43,169 nucleotides of DNA, taken from NCBI RefSeq assembly GCF_004010195.1, contig NC_057718.1:12014385-12057553 (forward strand). The letters run 5' to 3'. Below, in pieces: positions 24,270-37,932 of the stretch (position 1 is the first letter of the stretch; each line of letters begins with the position of its first letter). The notes beneath the pieces are model-generated. The model was not told the DNA's origin. It worked only from the letters and a program-made list of their open reading frames with translations, and made no database searches. This DNA comes from Chiloscyllium plagiosum. Its lineage: Eukaryota. The translations under genes and the position numbers were made by a program.

Positions 24270-24800
24270 TCCTCACACATCCATGGCAGCACATCTGCAA
24301 CTGTTCTGTGACATCCGTCATCCAACTCTGCCTTGTTTTACCGGCCTCTACTTTGCCCCCTAGAAGAGATCTTTTTCCTTTTCCAGTTCTGATTAAATAG
24401 GCTAAACTGCTGACATTTTCTTTTTTGGACACCGCTTTTACAGAGTTCTTTTGCTCCTGCTGTTTCAAGCACCTCTTCATTTGTCTTAAGATCTGTATAA
24501 TGAATTTTAAGCATACATCTTAGCATATACATTTCAAAGGCCTCAATTTTTTTCCATGGATCTTTACATATTGGCCAGATTTCTGAAGCATAGAGGAAAG
24601 TGGATATGAGATTTATTTCCTTGTTCAAGGTTTGAGTTTTCTTGGTGCATTCTTCATCTTCACAAAATTGCTTCTGGCTGTCTATACTCCTCTTCTGACT
24701 TCAGTGTTGCATCATCTTCAGTTATCTTTTGTCCTAAATTGGACAAATACTCTGTCATTTACCCCATTAGTTCTAGCATGTCTTTTCACCACCCTAAGTC
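24270..24800 (-). mobile_element. Degraded RTE-clade LINE fragment
   Basis: STFLYASEIWPICKDPWKKIEAFEMYMLRCMLKIHYTDLKTNEEVL matches the RTE LYGxExW...AFEM...RxL...TNEEV pattern. Confidence 0.8.
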
Positions 24801-25575
24801 ACCTTTCCTTCTCTGTCCATTCACCTATTGTCAGGGTTTACTATCCATTCTTTCTGATGGTCTCATCTCTGATTTGACACCATATTCCCAGACCTTGGGC
24901 AGAAATGTAAAACTAAAGATAATCAACCACAGAACATTAGAAAGGTATCAAGCCAATAAACAGAACCCTCAGGCTTTGGTTGGCTTGCCAAACTACAATC
25001 AGTTGTTTTTCAGTAGATAAAAAGGAATATTTTTTCAAAGTGGTCCTGACCCCAGTTGTGAAAACAAAAAAGAAAATTGAGCAAAGTTGAGAAAGATCGC
25101 CTTGGCCAAATAAAAACTAACATTCCAGCCAGCTCCTTTAATGGCTAAAGATAGGACCAGAAGGACTGGATATGAGAGATGCTGCAATGGAACAGGAGCA
25201 TCAAAGTTCACATGCTTGACAATCAGAGGTCAGGAAAATAAAAGCATTACAACATCCAAAAAATCAGGAAACAAAATTGTAACATATGAGCTAAGTTTGG
25301 TATCAGGAAACCAGTAAGTGTTTGCAGGCAAAAAACTTATAATATATTGACAGTCAATTTCCTATCACATTGAGTAAACCCAAGTACCTGTATACTCTTT
25401 AAGTCAAGGACGAGGCAAGGGTGGGAGGATGATTGAATACAGGTGGGTGAGGACAAGAAACAAAGGAGTGCGGAAAAACAAATAGGAGGATGAAGATGAA
25501 AACATATAGAGGAAAAGGACAAATGGGGAGTAACCGGGGTATTTATTACAAGGAAAATGGAGTATAAAAACAAGC

Positions 25576-25702
25576 AATGATTTGGATATGCCGGTGTTGG
25601 ACTGGGGTGTACAAAGTTAAAAATCACACAACACCAGGTTATAGTCCAACAGGTTTAATTGGAAGCACACTGGCTTTCGGAGCGATGCTCCTTCATCACC
25701 TG
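25576..25702 (-). mobile_element. PLE family B terminal repeat end with inactivated hammerhead
   Basis: Close to 15334-15420 plus the terminal ~40 nt; minus strand core reads GTGATGA...GAAAGCCA (C3 and U16.1 changed). Confidence 0.75.
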
Positions 25703-26149
25703 TAACTACTAGCGCACTTTAGAGAAGGTTCACTAGGTTGATTCCTGGGTTGAAGGAATTGTTCCATAAAGGAAGGTTGAGCAAGTTGGGTGTATATTCA
25801 CAGGACCTTCGAAGAATGAAAGGCAATCTTATCAAACACAGTAGATTCTGAGCATCGTTGCTGTATAAGGAACAATTCTGAAAGCGTTAATGTAAGGTCA
25901 TAATGTAATGTAAAGAAAAGAAAATAGTCTTTGCTCAGTGGTACTTGAAAATTGCGATAATAAATAATCTAATGACAATGTCACACAGTCTTTGGGTGGA
26001 GAATCAGGCAGTGTAACATGAGATCCTGATGGAGATGGATGTGTGATTTCTAACTCCTCATAGTCCTAAGTAATTATGCAAAACCATTCAATGGAGTGGT
26101 TCAATTCAATTATTGCAATCATGTAATAAACGGCCTCTTATATAACCAA

Positions 26150-26560
26150 AAGACATGGGAACAGAAATAAACCATTCATCCCATTGAGTATGTTCTGCCA
26201 TTCAATAAGATTATGGTTGATCTGATAATCCTCGACTCCAGCTCCCTGCCTTTTCTCCAGTAATGATTCACTCAATGAGTAAAAATATGTCCATTTCAGT
26301 CCTAAATATACTAACGAGCCAACTTCAACAGCCCTCTATGGCAAAGAATTCCACAGACTCACTTCCGAGAACAAATTCCTCTAAATTCCTCTTTTTAAAT
26401 GCAGATCTCTTATTCTGAGATTGAATGCTCTGGACCTAAAATCATCCACAAGGGGAAACAACCTTTTGCACCCAATCTGTCAAGTCCCTTAAAAATGATG
26501 CACACTCTATTTCATTAAGGTTGCCTTTCAATCTTCTATACACCAACGAGTACAGTAAGT
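26150..26560 (-). mobile_element. Degraded CR1-type LINE 3' end
   Basis: gacatgggaacagaaataaaccattc...ggcaaagaattccacagactcac resembles the reverse complement of 21590-21810. Confidence 0.6.
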
Positions 26561-26656
26561 CAAATATCTCTTCTCATTAAACCTCTTTAGTGGTGTATCC
26601 TCTGCCTCTCATAATTAGATAGGCTCTTTGGCTCAGCATAGAAAAGTCATTTCTAA

Positions 26657-26768
26657 GAGCTCTTGTGGTGCAGTGGTAGTGCTCCAACCTCTGATGCAGG
26701 GAATCAAGTACCACCTGCTCCAGAGGTCTATGATGATATCTCTGAACAAGTTGGTTCGAAAATATCTA
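26657..26768 (+). mobile_element. Short degraded tRNA-derived SINE (same family as 16994-17112)
   Basis: cttgtggtgcagtggtagtg...tcaagtaccacctgctccagag...atctctgaacaag...gaaaatatct. Confidence 0.5.
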
Positions 26769-29351
26769 GAAAAAACATTTCTGGAAGTACTATACTCCAA
26801 TCACAAGCTACTAGTAGTTCGTAACCCAGAGAGCAATACAATGGGTTTGACAGGATAAAGCTGACAGAATACTTCACAAAGGGAAACAATCTAAGAGGGC
26901 ACAGTATAAAAATAAGCGGTCTGAGGAATTAAACGGGACCTCCTGACTTGACATCAGGAAACCAATTCTAGTTACTACAGGGCTTAGGCTGCACCTCAAG
27001 GCCTATGCCTGGCAAAAAGATGCCAGCAACATCAACAACTTGTCCTCATGGGCACTTAATTACTACTAAATAACTACATGCCACTGTCTGGTACAGAACT
27101 GATGCCGGTTTCACCCAGACATAGTGAAGATTATTCGGAAGTGGGAACATGTTAGGGAGGCATTCCAGAGGGGATTTTCAAAATCTCTTTTCCTCGTGCT
27201 TCCAAACTCCCACTAAGATCCACCTGATACCAGCAATAGAAGTTTAAATGGGATGAAGTTTACAAAGCATACAGAATAGAAGGATGGCCAACAAAACATC
27301 AGAATCACCGGGTCTATAATGACAGACGCTTAGATGAGAGTTTCAGCATAAACGTAAGCCGAGGTAGGCAAGAAATACATGGTGCTTGTGATGGGGGAAA
27401 TTGAGTTGGAAGTTTAGTTCAGAGTCAAACAGAATTAATACCAATTAACTGTTCCAACTGTCCAATATTTATTATAGTATTTAGATATGTAAAATAAATC
27501 CCAAAGGGAAGTAATAAAAAGAATCAATCATAAGTTAACGTATCGCCTTTCTGGAGTTCTATTTTAAAATATACAGGATGCGTCAAATTTACATATCACA
27601 TTCAAAAGTTTTACTGTCTTTTCCTTTAAAAACGTGATTGCAGTCTATTAAAAAGTCTCAAAAATTGTAGAGGATATTTTGGCATTCCCCTGGAAAGATA
27701 GATGCCGATAATCCAGCATTATGAAACCATTCACAGTGACACTTTAAAATTCCCACTTGTACAGTCTGTCTTGATCATAGAATTTATTTAACAAATCCAA
27801 AGTGAGGTTTTTGCTATATGGTTTATCTGCTCAGTAGTTATAAAGCATTGCTTTGCGGTCAATTTAATCGAACTGATTATATTCCCTCTGAGTATTTTAA
27901 GTTGTGTTCCCTTTTGTGCTCGATCCATGCAATAACTGCTGAGGCAAGGTACAGCTTGTTAACAAAAATCTGAAAATCCAGATGTGGAATTGCTTTGTGC
28001 CCCTAATGCAGTTCTCTGATCATGTGGGATACTTTGACAATGATGCTGGCCAAGTGGAAAAAGCTTCACAGTTCCCAAGGGTTTACAGATTGATCTCAGC
28101 ATTTTTGAACTGTAGTTATGTAAACTATGGCTGTCTTTATAATGAGAGTCACTTTTACCACAGGCATTTATTACATAAACATTTGTGTCTGATATTATGG
28201 AAATCATGCTATATATTAGTGGTTTATGCACATTCCTGGGTGTTGATGTCTTTCTGTTTCTTGGTGGGTGTTGGGATAAATGTGACTGTGGACTATGTGC
28301 ATATCTAAAGAGGTTGAAACATAACTCCTGCCTGTCAAAATCTGTCCTACTGTGAACTTTATAATCAAGTAGAACCTAATATTTCCAGTGAACAAAGAAA
28401 AGTCACAAGGCTGTCAATATAGGGCATATAAAATGGTCTGTAAGGTTTAGTCAGTCTTTTTCTCATCAGTGCTGTAACTTCTGCAGCACTTTGAACTCAT
28501 AAAATCACTGAATTGATATAAACACAGCTTAAATTTACCATTTTATCTTTCCTTTCATTAATGATTTGAAATGGAAGAATTAATATCCATTCATCTTTAA
28601 TATAAGACTTATTTTGTAGATGCTAAAGTCAATCGAAGCAAATTGCTGGCTGATATTTTACTGCATATAGTATTACAATATTTCATTAACAAAAACTAGG
28701 ATTCAAAATATAAACCTGTTTCAAATAATTACCTCAAAAAATGATGCGTACATTGTGGAAAATGAAGACGGTACTACCAAAAAGAAAAATGCGCATTTCC
28801 AACTTAATTCTTTAGTGGTGCTGCAAAAGCATCCGACGTCAAATTGATCCAATATTTAAAATGAAGTCCTGTTTCAAGCAGGCAACTCCTAAAGATGCAT
28901 AAAATTGAGTCTTATGAACTACATACTGGTATATGAAGGATTTCCGCCATAGGGCTAGTACCTCAGGATGATTGTCAGCTGCACATATTGGTTTTGAATG
29001 TAGCCAAGGCTCACTGGATCTCAATGTTCTCAGCTCTCAGAAGCTCCCGAGAAGCTGGTAATTCACAGTAGCGGTCATACCCTGGTACCTCACATCAGCT
29101 GACAAGTTCAGCCAAGTCAGGGTATCCTCAGCTCCATTTGATGTCCATCACCCCTGTAACTGCATGAAATCTGGAATGATGGAAGAGGCAGATGAGGCCG
29201 GCAAGTGGACTTGTGGGCAGTCAGCTCAGAAAATGTGTTCTTCAAGAATAACATCTCATAGTTAGCCATGAAACCGAATCGCAAAATGTTGTTTATTACA
29301 GTAGAAGCAACTCTTGCAACTTTGCAATCAACCCTCTGTAAGATGAAAGAC

Positions 29352-29439
29352 AAGGAAGGAGGAAAAGGTGGAGAAGGAGGAGGAACAGGAGGAAGGAGGA
29401 AGAGGAAAAGAAGAAAAAGAAAAAGAAGAAGAAGAAGAA
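29352..29439. repeat. Polypurine GGA/GAA low-complexity tract
   Basis: About 88 bp almost entirely A/G on the plus strand. Confidence 0.9.
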
Positions 29440-31312
29440 TTGCACTTTTCAGGTACCACTGGGCAAAGGTTATTTTCATTGGGTCACAGCAAGAATCGGT
29501 TTAACCACCAATCTTGAAAGGGAAAACTCAAATAAATGGAAGGACATGTTTTTAAGATTTTTTATTTGGTTTTAGGAGGAGTATTAACCCTTCACATTAT
29601 CCCAGAAAAACAGTTCCTTCTGTTACTGCTCGCTCTGTGCCCACTTGCCCTCCAAAATTAGCTCTCACCATCCCATAAGGTTCCATCTGGTTCGACTCCA
29701 CAAACTTGTTGCTGGATTTGCCAGCCTAACTCATCCCAAACAGCTGCCCTCTGAATTGGCAAATGATTCAGCCATGCCAAACAGAAGGCAGCATACCACA
29801 AGAGTTTATTCAGCCCGATTCAGTACCCTCCACTTCCCACCCATCCCACCCTATTCTGTAAGTTACTCTATGACAAGTTTCAACAGCAATCTGGGAGACA
29901 TCAAGATGAAAGAAAACAATATTTTCCATTTATCAACTGGCTGTTATTACCATTGTCTTCATTGAGATGAACAACAAACAGATAATTTTAGGTCTTTGAG
30001 TAAATTGCTGTATTTTTGATTTATATGCATAATTCCTTTCTATAAGCTTCCAAGTAAAGACATTACTGACACTGCAAATGTTATCCCATTGTAAAAATCA
30101 GGAAAAAATGAATAAATGTGAGGTTTTTTGAATAATTTCTGTCAATGGAACATTGGCCTCTTCCGAACAAATTATATCGGACTCAAAACATTAACTCTAT
30201 TTTTCTCTCCACAGAAGCTGCATTTTTCCAATTTTCTCTGTGTTTATGTCAGACTACCAGCAGTAATTTGCTTTTATTGGAGAACAATATATACTTTTTG
30301 ACCACAAACACATGTCATAACACAAGATACATACAAGAGCTGTAGATTCTAGAAAAAAGTCTACACAGGACAAAATACTGCAATTCGATTTCAAACAGAA
30401 TGCACTTGTTTACATAGTGAAGCAAAGTCAGCATTTTACGAGGTTTGACAGAAGATAAAGTACTGCCAGTTCCAAAGAGACAGGATAATGAGATACCAAA
30501 CAAATACACAGTACGAGAAACCCGAGCCAAGCTATGCTTTAGGTAATGGAATTATCAGCAGAGGATCAAAATTGAAAGTACAGAATTCAATGATGTTTAG
30601 AAACAACTGAAGGATTAAAAAATTGCACACTTCTCATGATGAAGTCTGGAAAGCAATTTTGGAGGTCTAATAACATGGGCCAAAACTCAAAGAGGTACCT
30701 CAAACACAATTAATCTGATCTCCAATCTCAACTGTTTACTGCTGGCCAATCAAAGCCTTATATTTAAACTTTAGTATTTTGCATAAAGATTAAGCTATCT
30801 GCCAGCAACAAAGCTAAACACTTCAAGAATCAGGCCCTGGGTGTCACGTTTGGTTTAAATGTATTTTCTTTAGATAAATATATAAATGATTATAGCTTCT
30901 AGCTGAATAAAATTGCATTTGGCAGTCCCTGTTTTAATAAAGGCAACATTCAGTAATTCTATACAGTGGCTTTTAGAAACAAAATCAACAGACAGCAATG
31001 ACCACTCTTAATATCAGATTAAATATGCAAAGGTAGAACTAAATGGGTAGTAAATTCACTGCCAAAGATAAGTTTGAGTAAGAGTACTTCTTTTGGACTG
31101 TCAAACCTAAAGGTACTTAATGCCATTTTTGAGGTATTAATTGTTTCATACCAATCAAATTATTTTCAGCAACATCCTGCAGGCAAAAATAAGATTGAAT
31201 AAAGGAGTCATAACCACTTTATGTATACAGGTCTGAAGTGCTCTACATTTGGAAAAAGCTCAAAGACACTAAAATTCAGCCAAGGGATAGAGCTCGGTAT
31301 CATCCGCATATA

Positions 31313-31580
31313 ATCTGATTTTGATTTGATTTTGTTTATTACTGCCACGTGTACCCAGGAGCAGTGAAAAGTTTTGTTTTGCATGCAGTACGGCCAGATC
31401 GTATCGCACATAAGGGTAATAGAACAGAGTGAGGAATACAGTATTACACATGCAAAGAAGATGTAAAAAGAGTAAGATAAACATTAAATTTGAAATTTGA
31501 GAAGTCCATTCAGAAGTCTAATAACAGCAGAGAAGAAGCTGTTCTTGCATCTGTTGGTACAGGTATATGAGTGGACCCTG
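31313..31580 (-). mobile_element. Rex1/Babar-type LINE 3' end
   Basis: Minus strand ccaacagatgcaagaacagcttcttctctgctgttattagac (TNRxKNSFFxAVIR-like) followed by a tail ending in (AAATC)n. Confidence 0.65.
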
Positions 31581-31889
31581 ATATGTTTCAGAACAAGTCA
31601 CCAAGGGGCAACAGGAGAAATGCAAAAATAGCATCATGGGAGTCAGAAGAAAAAGAGTAGTTAGTATTCATGAAGTTTGATGAATGAACATCATTTAGAA
31701 GAAGAAGCTTTTCTTATTTGTCTCAGACCACTTGACCTTTAAATTTCTATTTCCATATATACTCAATTAATTATTGATCTTGTATATATTTAGATTCCCA
31801 AACTTTTGCCAAAAATCCTTAGTTTTTCATACATTTTGAGATGAAGGATGCCCTCATAAGAACGATGCTCAACTCACTGATCACCAGTT

Positions 31890-32757
31890 CTGACATGCCA
31901 CAGCAAAAAACCGTAATGACCTCCTCAGGAGACAGACACAGTATACAACTGATAGGGTACCCTTTGTTGTTCAGTACTTCCCAGGAGTAGAGAAACTATG
32001 CCATGTTCTTTGCTGCCTGCAACACATTCTCGATGAGGATGAGAACCTCACCAAGATCTTCCCTACACCTCCACTTCTCTTTAAACAACTGCCAAACCTT
32101 AAACAGACCATTGCTCACAGCAAACTACACCACCTTCAGGACAACATTGACCACAACACCATGTAACCTTGTCATGGCAACCAATGCAATAACATGAATG
32201 CTACCATTACACATGGGGACACCACCCACCATGAACGTGGCAGATACTCATGTGACTCAGCCAACGCTGCAGGTAAGGTATATTGGCAAAACCATGCAGA
32301 CGCTACAACAACAGATGAATGGACACCACACAACAATCGCCAGACAGGGGTGCTCCCTCCCAGTGGGGGAACACGTCAGAGGTCAAGGACATTCGGCCTC
32401 GGATCTTCGGGTGAACGTCCTCTGAGGCAGACTTCGGGATACGCAACAACACAGAGTCGCCTAGCATGGGTTGACAGCCGAGTTCTGAACCCATGAGAAT
32501 AGCCTCAACCGGGATCTTGGGTTCATGTCGCACTACAGGTGACCCCACTAAACTATACAGTATCACACACAAACTCACACACAAGCACACATACACACAC
32601 ACACTCTCTCAAACACAATCATACAGACTCTCTCTCATATACATGTCCAGATGAAGGGCTTATGTCCAAAACATTGATTTTCCTGCTTTTCGGATGCTGC
32701 CTGACCTGCTGTGCTTTTCTAGTACCACACTCTCGACTCTGATCTCCAGCAACCGCA
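31890..32757 (+). mobile_element. Degraded Penelope-like element: linker plus GIY-YIG region, CA-rich spacer, terminal repeat
   Basis: RVPFVVQYFPGVEKL; YIGKTMQTLQQQMNGHHTTIARQGCSLPVGEH, homologous to 16085-16330; decayed hammerhead CAGATGAAGGGCTTATGTCCAAAAC at 32648-32672. Confidence 0.85.
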
Positions 32758-33665
32758 ACCAATATAATCAAGGACCCCTCCAACTCCGGTTATACTCTCT
32801 TCCACTCTGTTCCATTGTGCATAAGATATAGAAATTTGACTACATCTATGAACAGATTCAAGAACAGCTGTTATTTGTTATGGACCAGGGCTGACCCCTC
32901 AAAACATTTTTAAGTTGGTAGCCAGAATGTAACTTACTTGTTTCAAGTAAATGTTTAATGGATATTCCCAGAGTGAATTAGCTGGTCAGACCGCTGAGTT
33001 TTAAACAAACAGAATTTATTTACAAACTTACAGAATGAAACACAACTCACCGAATATCTGAGTAATTTATCCAATCCGAACCTGACAGGCGATCCCGACT
33101 TAATGATGCTGTTCCAAAATACTTGTAACAACCCCAATAAACAAACCTTAGTACAAAGAGTAAAAATGACACAAAAAACTTGCAGCTTACGAAATCAGAA
33201 GTGCAGAAGGTGGGGGAGAACGTCCAGTTTCAACTGTGACCCTGACTCAACTAACCCCCAAACTGAACTGACCCGCCCAGCTAGAGAGCTGGCCACGCCT
33301 TGTTTATACCAGTTTTTTTTGAAAGACTTGAAAGCTTTCTGCCAGAAGCATTATCTGGTAGGTATAAACAAAAAGCCCCCCAATGAACCATTCAAACTTC
33401 AGAGATGGTGGGACCTTGGGTCGCTGAGAACTCTCTGGAAACAATCATGCACAACATAACCTTGTAAAAGGACCCGCTCTGTGACATATCAGACTTTTGA
33501 AAGGACCTCTCAAATGTTAATTCTGATCTCTCTCTCTCTCTGCACCTTCTCTGTGTAACACTGAATTACGCACTCTGTTCTGCTACTTGATGCACTTTTT
33601 ATAGTACAATGTGCCCACAAAACAACACTTTTACTGAATCTCGGTATAAGTGACAATAAATGAAA
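32758..33665 (+). mobile_element. Rex1/Babar-type LINE 3' end, split by a solo LTR
   Basis: NIIKDPSNSGYTLFHSVP...RYRNLTTSMNRFKNS resembles the Rex1 C-terminal motif; resumes at 33487 (tatcagacttttgaa) and ends gacaataaatgaaat. Confidence 0.65.
32876..33486 (-). mobile_element. Solo LTR (611 bp), probably Gypsy-type
   Basis: Ends TGTTA...TGACA; flanks TATT/TATC (imperfect 4-bp TSD) in an otherwise contiguous host repeat; minus strand has TATAAA (33303-33308) upstream of AATAAA (33015-33020). Confidence 0.75.
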
Positions 33666-36112
33666 TAAAATTAAATTGTATAAATGTTTACATGGATTTT
33701 ATTTTTGACAAATTTGATAAATTTGATTAATTTAGTATGCAAAAAAATTGTAAATATAAATTCAACACAAAAAATATTTCTTGGTTTCTTTTGCATTAAT
33801 TTTGGAATGGAGTTGATTGCAATCTCTATCCGGCAATTCTGCAATCAGCTGATATACCACTATAAACAGGAAGCAAGATAATGGGAGATAGTGAATTCCA
33901 ACCCCTCAAAATATGACTTGTGTATTATTTATTGTTGGCTCCCTAACTTATGGCTAAACATCTGGTCCTATAGATTTGACTTTTACGCAGTAGCAATGGT
34001 ACATTAGTTGCCAAAGGAGTAATTCTCCTCACATTGCTCTCACAGCTTGTCAGTTGAAAGCAACTTTCTTTGGTTGACTTACAGAGTTTGAATAATAGAA
34101 GTGAATTTTGTAGGGTGAGTTGTGATCCTGACATCAGCCTCAATTCTGGGCTCGGAATCCAGAAGTGGCCATGGTGGAATTTTCCTCGAGATAGCTAATT
34201 ATGGAATCTTCAGCAATGCAACAAACTTCACATGTCAGCACCAATTCCATGCCATTCCACAGTCATTGTTTACAAGTTGAATCTGAGTATTCACCATAAT
34301 TCCTTTGACCATAATCATAGCTTCTAATCCCACATCCTCTTCATCAAAACATCTGCTATTACACTTGTATAGCATAATCTATTCTGTCTCCTCCTACTGA
34401 AACCCTCATCTATGCCTTTATCAGCTCCAGATACTAAGGGCTGAATTTTCACAGCTCCAAGTAGGTTGCGCCGGAGATGGTGGAGGGTGGGCATGGAAAA
34501 TTCAACAGAATTGTATCTTACCAATGTTTGACTGTGAGAATGATGGCTCTGCAAGGACTGTATATTGAACAGGCAACACTGAGGTTATGGAGGGGTTTCA
34601 GAGTCATGGTGGAAGTAGGACCGAGTCTGATCAATGCACATATTGAACATAATAGCATGTCTTCAGTGGTATTGCTGAGGAACAGCATTTTGATAAGGAA
34701 TAAGAGGGGAATAAGGTTAGATTTTTTTAAGGATGTCCTGAAGTCGTGGATAGGAGTGAGATGAGAAGCCCCCGATTTAAATTATCTGCCTTTAATTGGA
34801 GAGATAAGAAGTTGATGTAAAATTGGAATGTTATAATTAAGAAGGCCAATAATAAAGACCATATTAGTCTTATGGATGGGCAAAAGAAAAACCTTTCTCC
34901 CAGGGATTAATGGATTTGGGCAGATCCTATTATAAACAAATCGAAGTGAAATAACAAGTAGCTTTTGTCATTACATTCTTTCCTAAGTTCCGAGTAACAG
35001 ACATACAAAGAGAACACTGAGGTTTCGAAGTCTGCATAGGTTTATCCATTCATGAGCATTTGGTCAGAAGTATTTGATTAAGGCCAAATAACAGAAAGAG
35101 AATTCTTGTTAGTTGCATCCATTTGACAGTATACGTCTAATTGGATCTACTAAATGATTCTTTTACCCATGACTCCCTGAAAGAAGTTCAACATCTGCTT
35201 CTGCCATACAATTACATTGAATGGCAGCAGAACTTCTTTGAGATTCTACAAGTTTGACCTATAGTTCCAGATTCTTCTTCACCTCTTTAGCAAATGTCAT
35301 TCCACTTTGAAAAGGAAGCTTCTATAGTTTTGACTGCAATTCTGAAGGCAAACATATTTAGGCAGTACATATCTTTGACTTGAGCTGAATTATTTTACTC
35401 ATAATGTGAACTGGAGATTTCCAGTGCAGCAGGGAGTTTTCAGTTGCATCGACTGTGTGAAAAACATACCCACTAGATATGCTAGAAAACAAAGATATCC
35501 TGAGAATATATTTTCTTTCCTTGTATCAAACACATGGATTTTCACTTGGAGAAACAGCATGTTTTCCCCAGACTGATGACTTCCTACACAATACTTTGAC
35601 CACGCCTGGAGAATCACTATAACTTTTGTAAAAATAGTAATGAACACTTCCTTAACAGCCTGCAGCAATCAAATATTAGTCCACTGTCATTGGAGTTACT
35701 GTTTGCTTAGCCTGCTCTTCTCATATATAAGTTAAAGTGAATCACGCACACTGAGGATATGAATCCCAAAACACCAAATAAGATTCATGTTTTATATTAA
35801 AGACTGACTTAATTCCTGTTTAGGTTTACAAGATGCAGAATATTTTTGAGTGAATTCATAAACAGCGTGCAAAAGGATAAATATAATTTAAACCCGATGA
35901 CTGAAAAGAACAAGTCAAATCATAGTCACTACTATCTCCTCTTTCCTAAAACAAACAGAAATGTGCAGACACACACAAACAATGTGGCTTTCTTGTAGAG
36001 GACTTCAAATCTGCAAGTGGAATCAATACAAATATTTGTGGGAAATGGTGAGAGCTGTTTAAAAATATCCGTGCCAATAAGTTCAAGCGTTAGACTTGTG
36101 TACATATATTAG

Positions 36113-36215
36113 GGGGATACTGATTAGCTTAGTTGGCGAGATGACTAGCAGGTGGTTCAAAATAACAACATATCAGTGGGTTCAATTCCATTCCAGCTGA
36201 GGAAGACTTGGAACC
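36113..36215 (+). mobile_element. Degraded tRNA-derived SINE head
   Basis: A-box-like TAGCTTAGTTGG and B-box GGTTCAATTCC; no cloverleaf visible. Confidence 0.45.
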
Positions 36216-36829
36216 TGTCTCCTCGTCTGTCCTGAGAGTGGAAGGAAATGGCAAACCAAAATCTGCCAAATAAATGGCTCAGGAATATATATGAGCAGAC
36301 AATGTGCCAAGGATCTACCTTCATTGAAGAATACATGTCATTCATCACACGTACCAAAGCTGGCACTGATATGTACCAGAAAGGTGGTCAGTCACCTAAA
36401 TGCAGCAATCTATAAGATTAGGTAAATTATTTGCTTAATCTTTATTTTTATGCAAAATTAGATTGTCTTGACTATTGGTCAATTGATTTTGATACAAGCG
36501 TCAACAATCCACTAGTACAACCCAATAAAGATAATGACTCATCAGTCATTGTTTTATTTTGTCCTGCTGATAGATTTGTAACAGCATGAATTTTTATTTT
36601 TATTGAACAAGCAAAACCAATCTAACTGGGTATGATTAGAAAACAAAACTGAAAAAAACCTAACAGCAAAATTCAGACAAAGACCAAATGGTAGCCTCAG
36701 AACTCAACTTGAAATTAGTAATGATATAATTACTAGAATATAGTTCCAATTTCATTTCTCTGTCGCATCTGATAGAAATGTGTCCTCCAATTTCCAGTCC
36801 AATTATTTGCCATAAAAATAGAAAAGGAG

Positions 36830-36865
36830 AATCGACGTTTCGGGCATAAGCCCTTCTTCAGGAAT
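36830..36865 (-). ncRNA. Minimal hammerhead ribozyme motif (PLE family A)
   Basis: Minus strand ATTC-CTGAAGA-A-GGGC(TTAT)GCCC-GAAA-CGTC-GATT; core and stem II intact, one U-U mismatch in stem I. Confidence 0.75.
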
Positions 36866-37932
36866 GAGGAAAGTGTGTCCAGCAGGCTAAGATAAAAGGT
36901 AGGGAGGAGGGATTTGGGGGAGGGGCGTTGGAAATGCGATAGGGGGAGGAAGGTCAAGGTGAGGGTGATAGGCCGGAGTAGGGTGGGGGCGGAGAGGTCA
37001 GGAAGAAGATTGCAGGTTAGGANNNNNNNNNNNNNNNNNNNNNNNNNNNNNNNNNNNNNNNNNNNNNNNNNNNNNNNNNNNNNNNNNNNNNNNNNNNNNN
37101 NNNNNNNNNNNNNNNNNNNNNNNNNNNNNNNNNNNNNNNNNNNNNNNNNNNNNNNNNNNNNNNNNNNNNNNNNNNNNNNNNNNNNNNNNNNNNNNNNNNN
37201 NNNNNNNNNNNNNNNNNNNNNNNNNNNNNNNNNNNNNNNNNNNNNNNNNNNNNNNNNNNNNNNNNNNNNNNNNNNNNNNNNNNNNNNNNNNNNNNNNNNN
37301 NNNNNNNNNNNNNNNNNNNNNNNNNNNNNNNNNNNNNNNNNNNNNNNNNNNNNNNNNNNNNNNNNNNNNNNNNNNNNNNNNNNNNNNNNNNNNNNNNNNN
37401 NNNNNNNNNNNNNNNNNNNNNNNNNNNNNNNNNNNNNNNNNNNNNNNNNNNNNNNNNNNNNNNNNNNNNNNNNNNNNNNNNNNNNNNNNNNNNNNNNNNN
37501 NNNNNNNNNNNNNNNNNNNNNNNNNNNNNNNNNNNNNNNNNNNNNNNNNNNNNNNNNNNNNNNNNNNNNNNNNNNNNNNNNNNNNNNNNNNNNNNNNNNN
37601 NNNNNNNNNNNNNNNNNNNNNNNNNNNNNNNNNNNNNNNNNNNNNNNNNNNNNNNNNNNNNNNNNNNNNNNNNNNNNNNNNNNNNNNNNNNNNNNNNNNN
37701 NNNNNNNNNNNNNNNNNNNNNNNNNNNNNNNNNNNNNNNNNNNNNNNNNNNNNNNCCCTCGAACTCAGCACCGCCTTCCTAACCTGCAATCTTCTTCCTG
37801 ACCTCTCCGCCCCCACCCCACTCCGGCCTATCAATTCACTTTGACCTCCCTCCACCTATCGCATTCCCAACGCCCCTCCCCCAAGTCCCTCTTCCCTACC
37901 TTTTATCTTAGCCTGCTGGACACACTTTCCTC

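Noticed and set aside
25668..25702. Active hammerhead ribozyme (also 32648, 38900, 16897)
   Set aside because: Invariant core bases are mutated or missing; kept only as decayed copies.
29268..29504. Basic Arg/Lys-rich, NLS- or protamine-like ORF
   Set aside because: Produced by the GGA/GAA low-complexity tract.
30430..30548. Short open frame ending at a donor-like AG|GTAATG
   Set aside because: No good upstream acceptor and no recognisable peptide.
36914..37855. Long ORFs of 285-295 aa (also 15603-16041)
   Set aside because: Artefacts of translating through N gaps.
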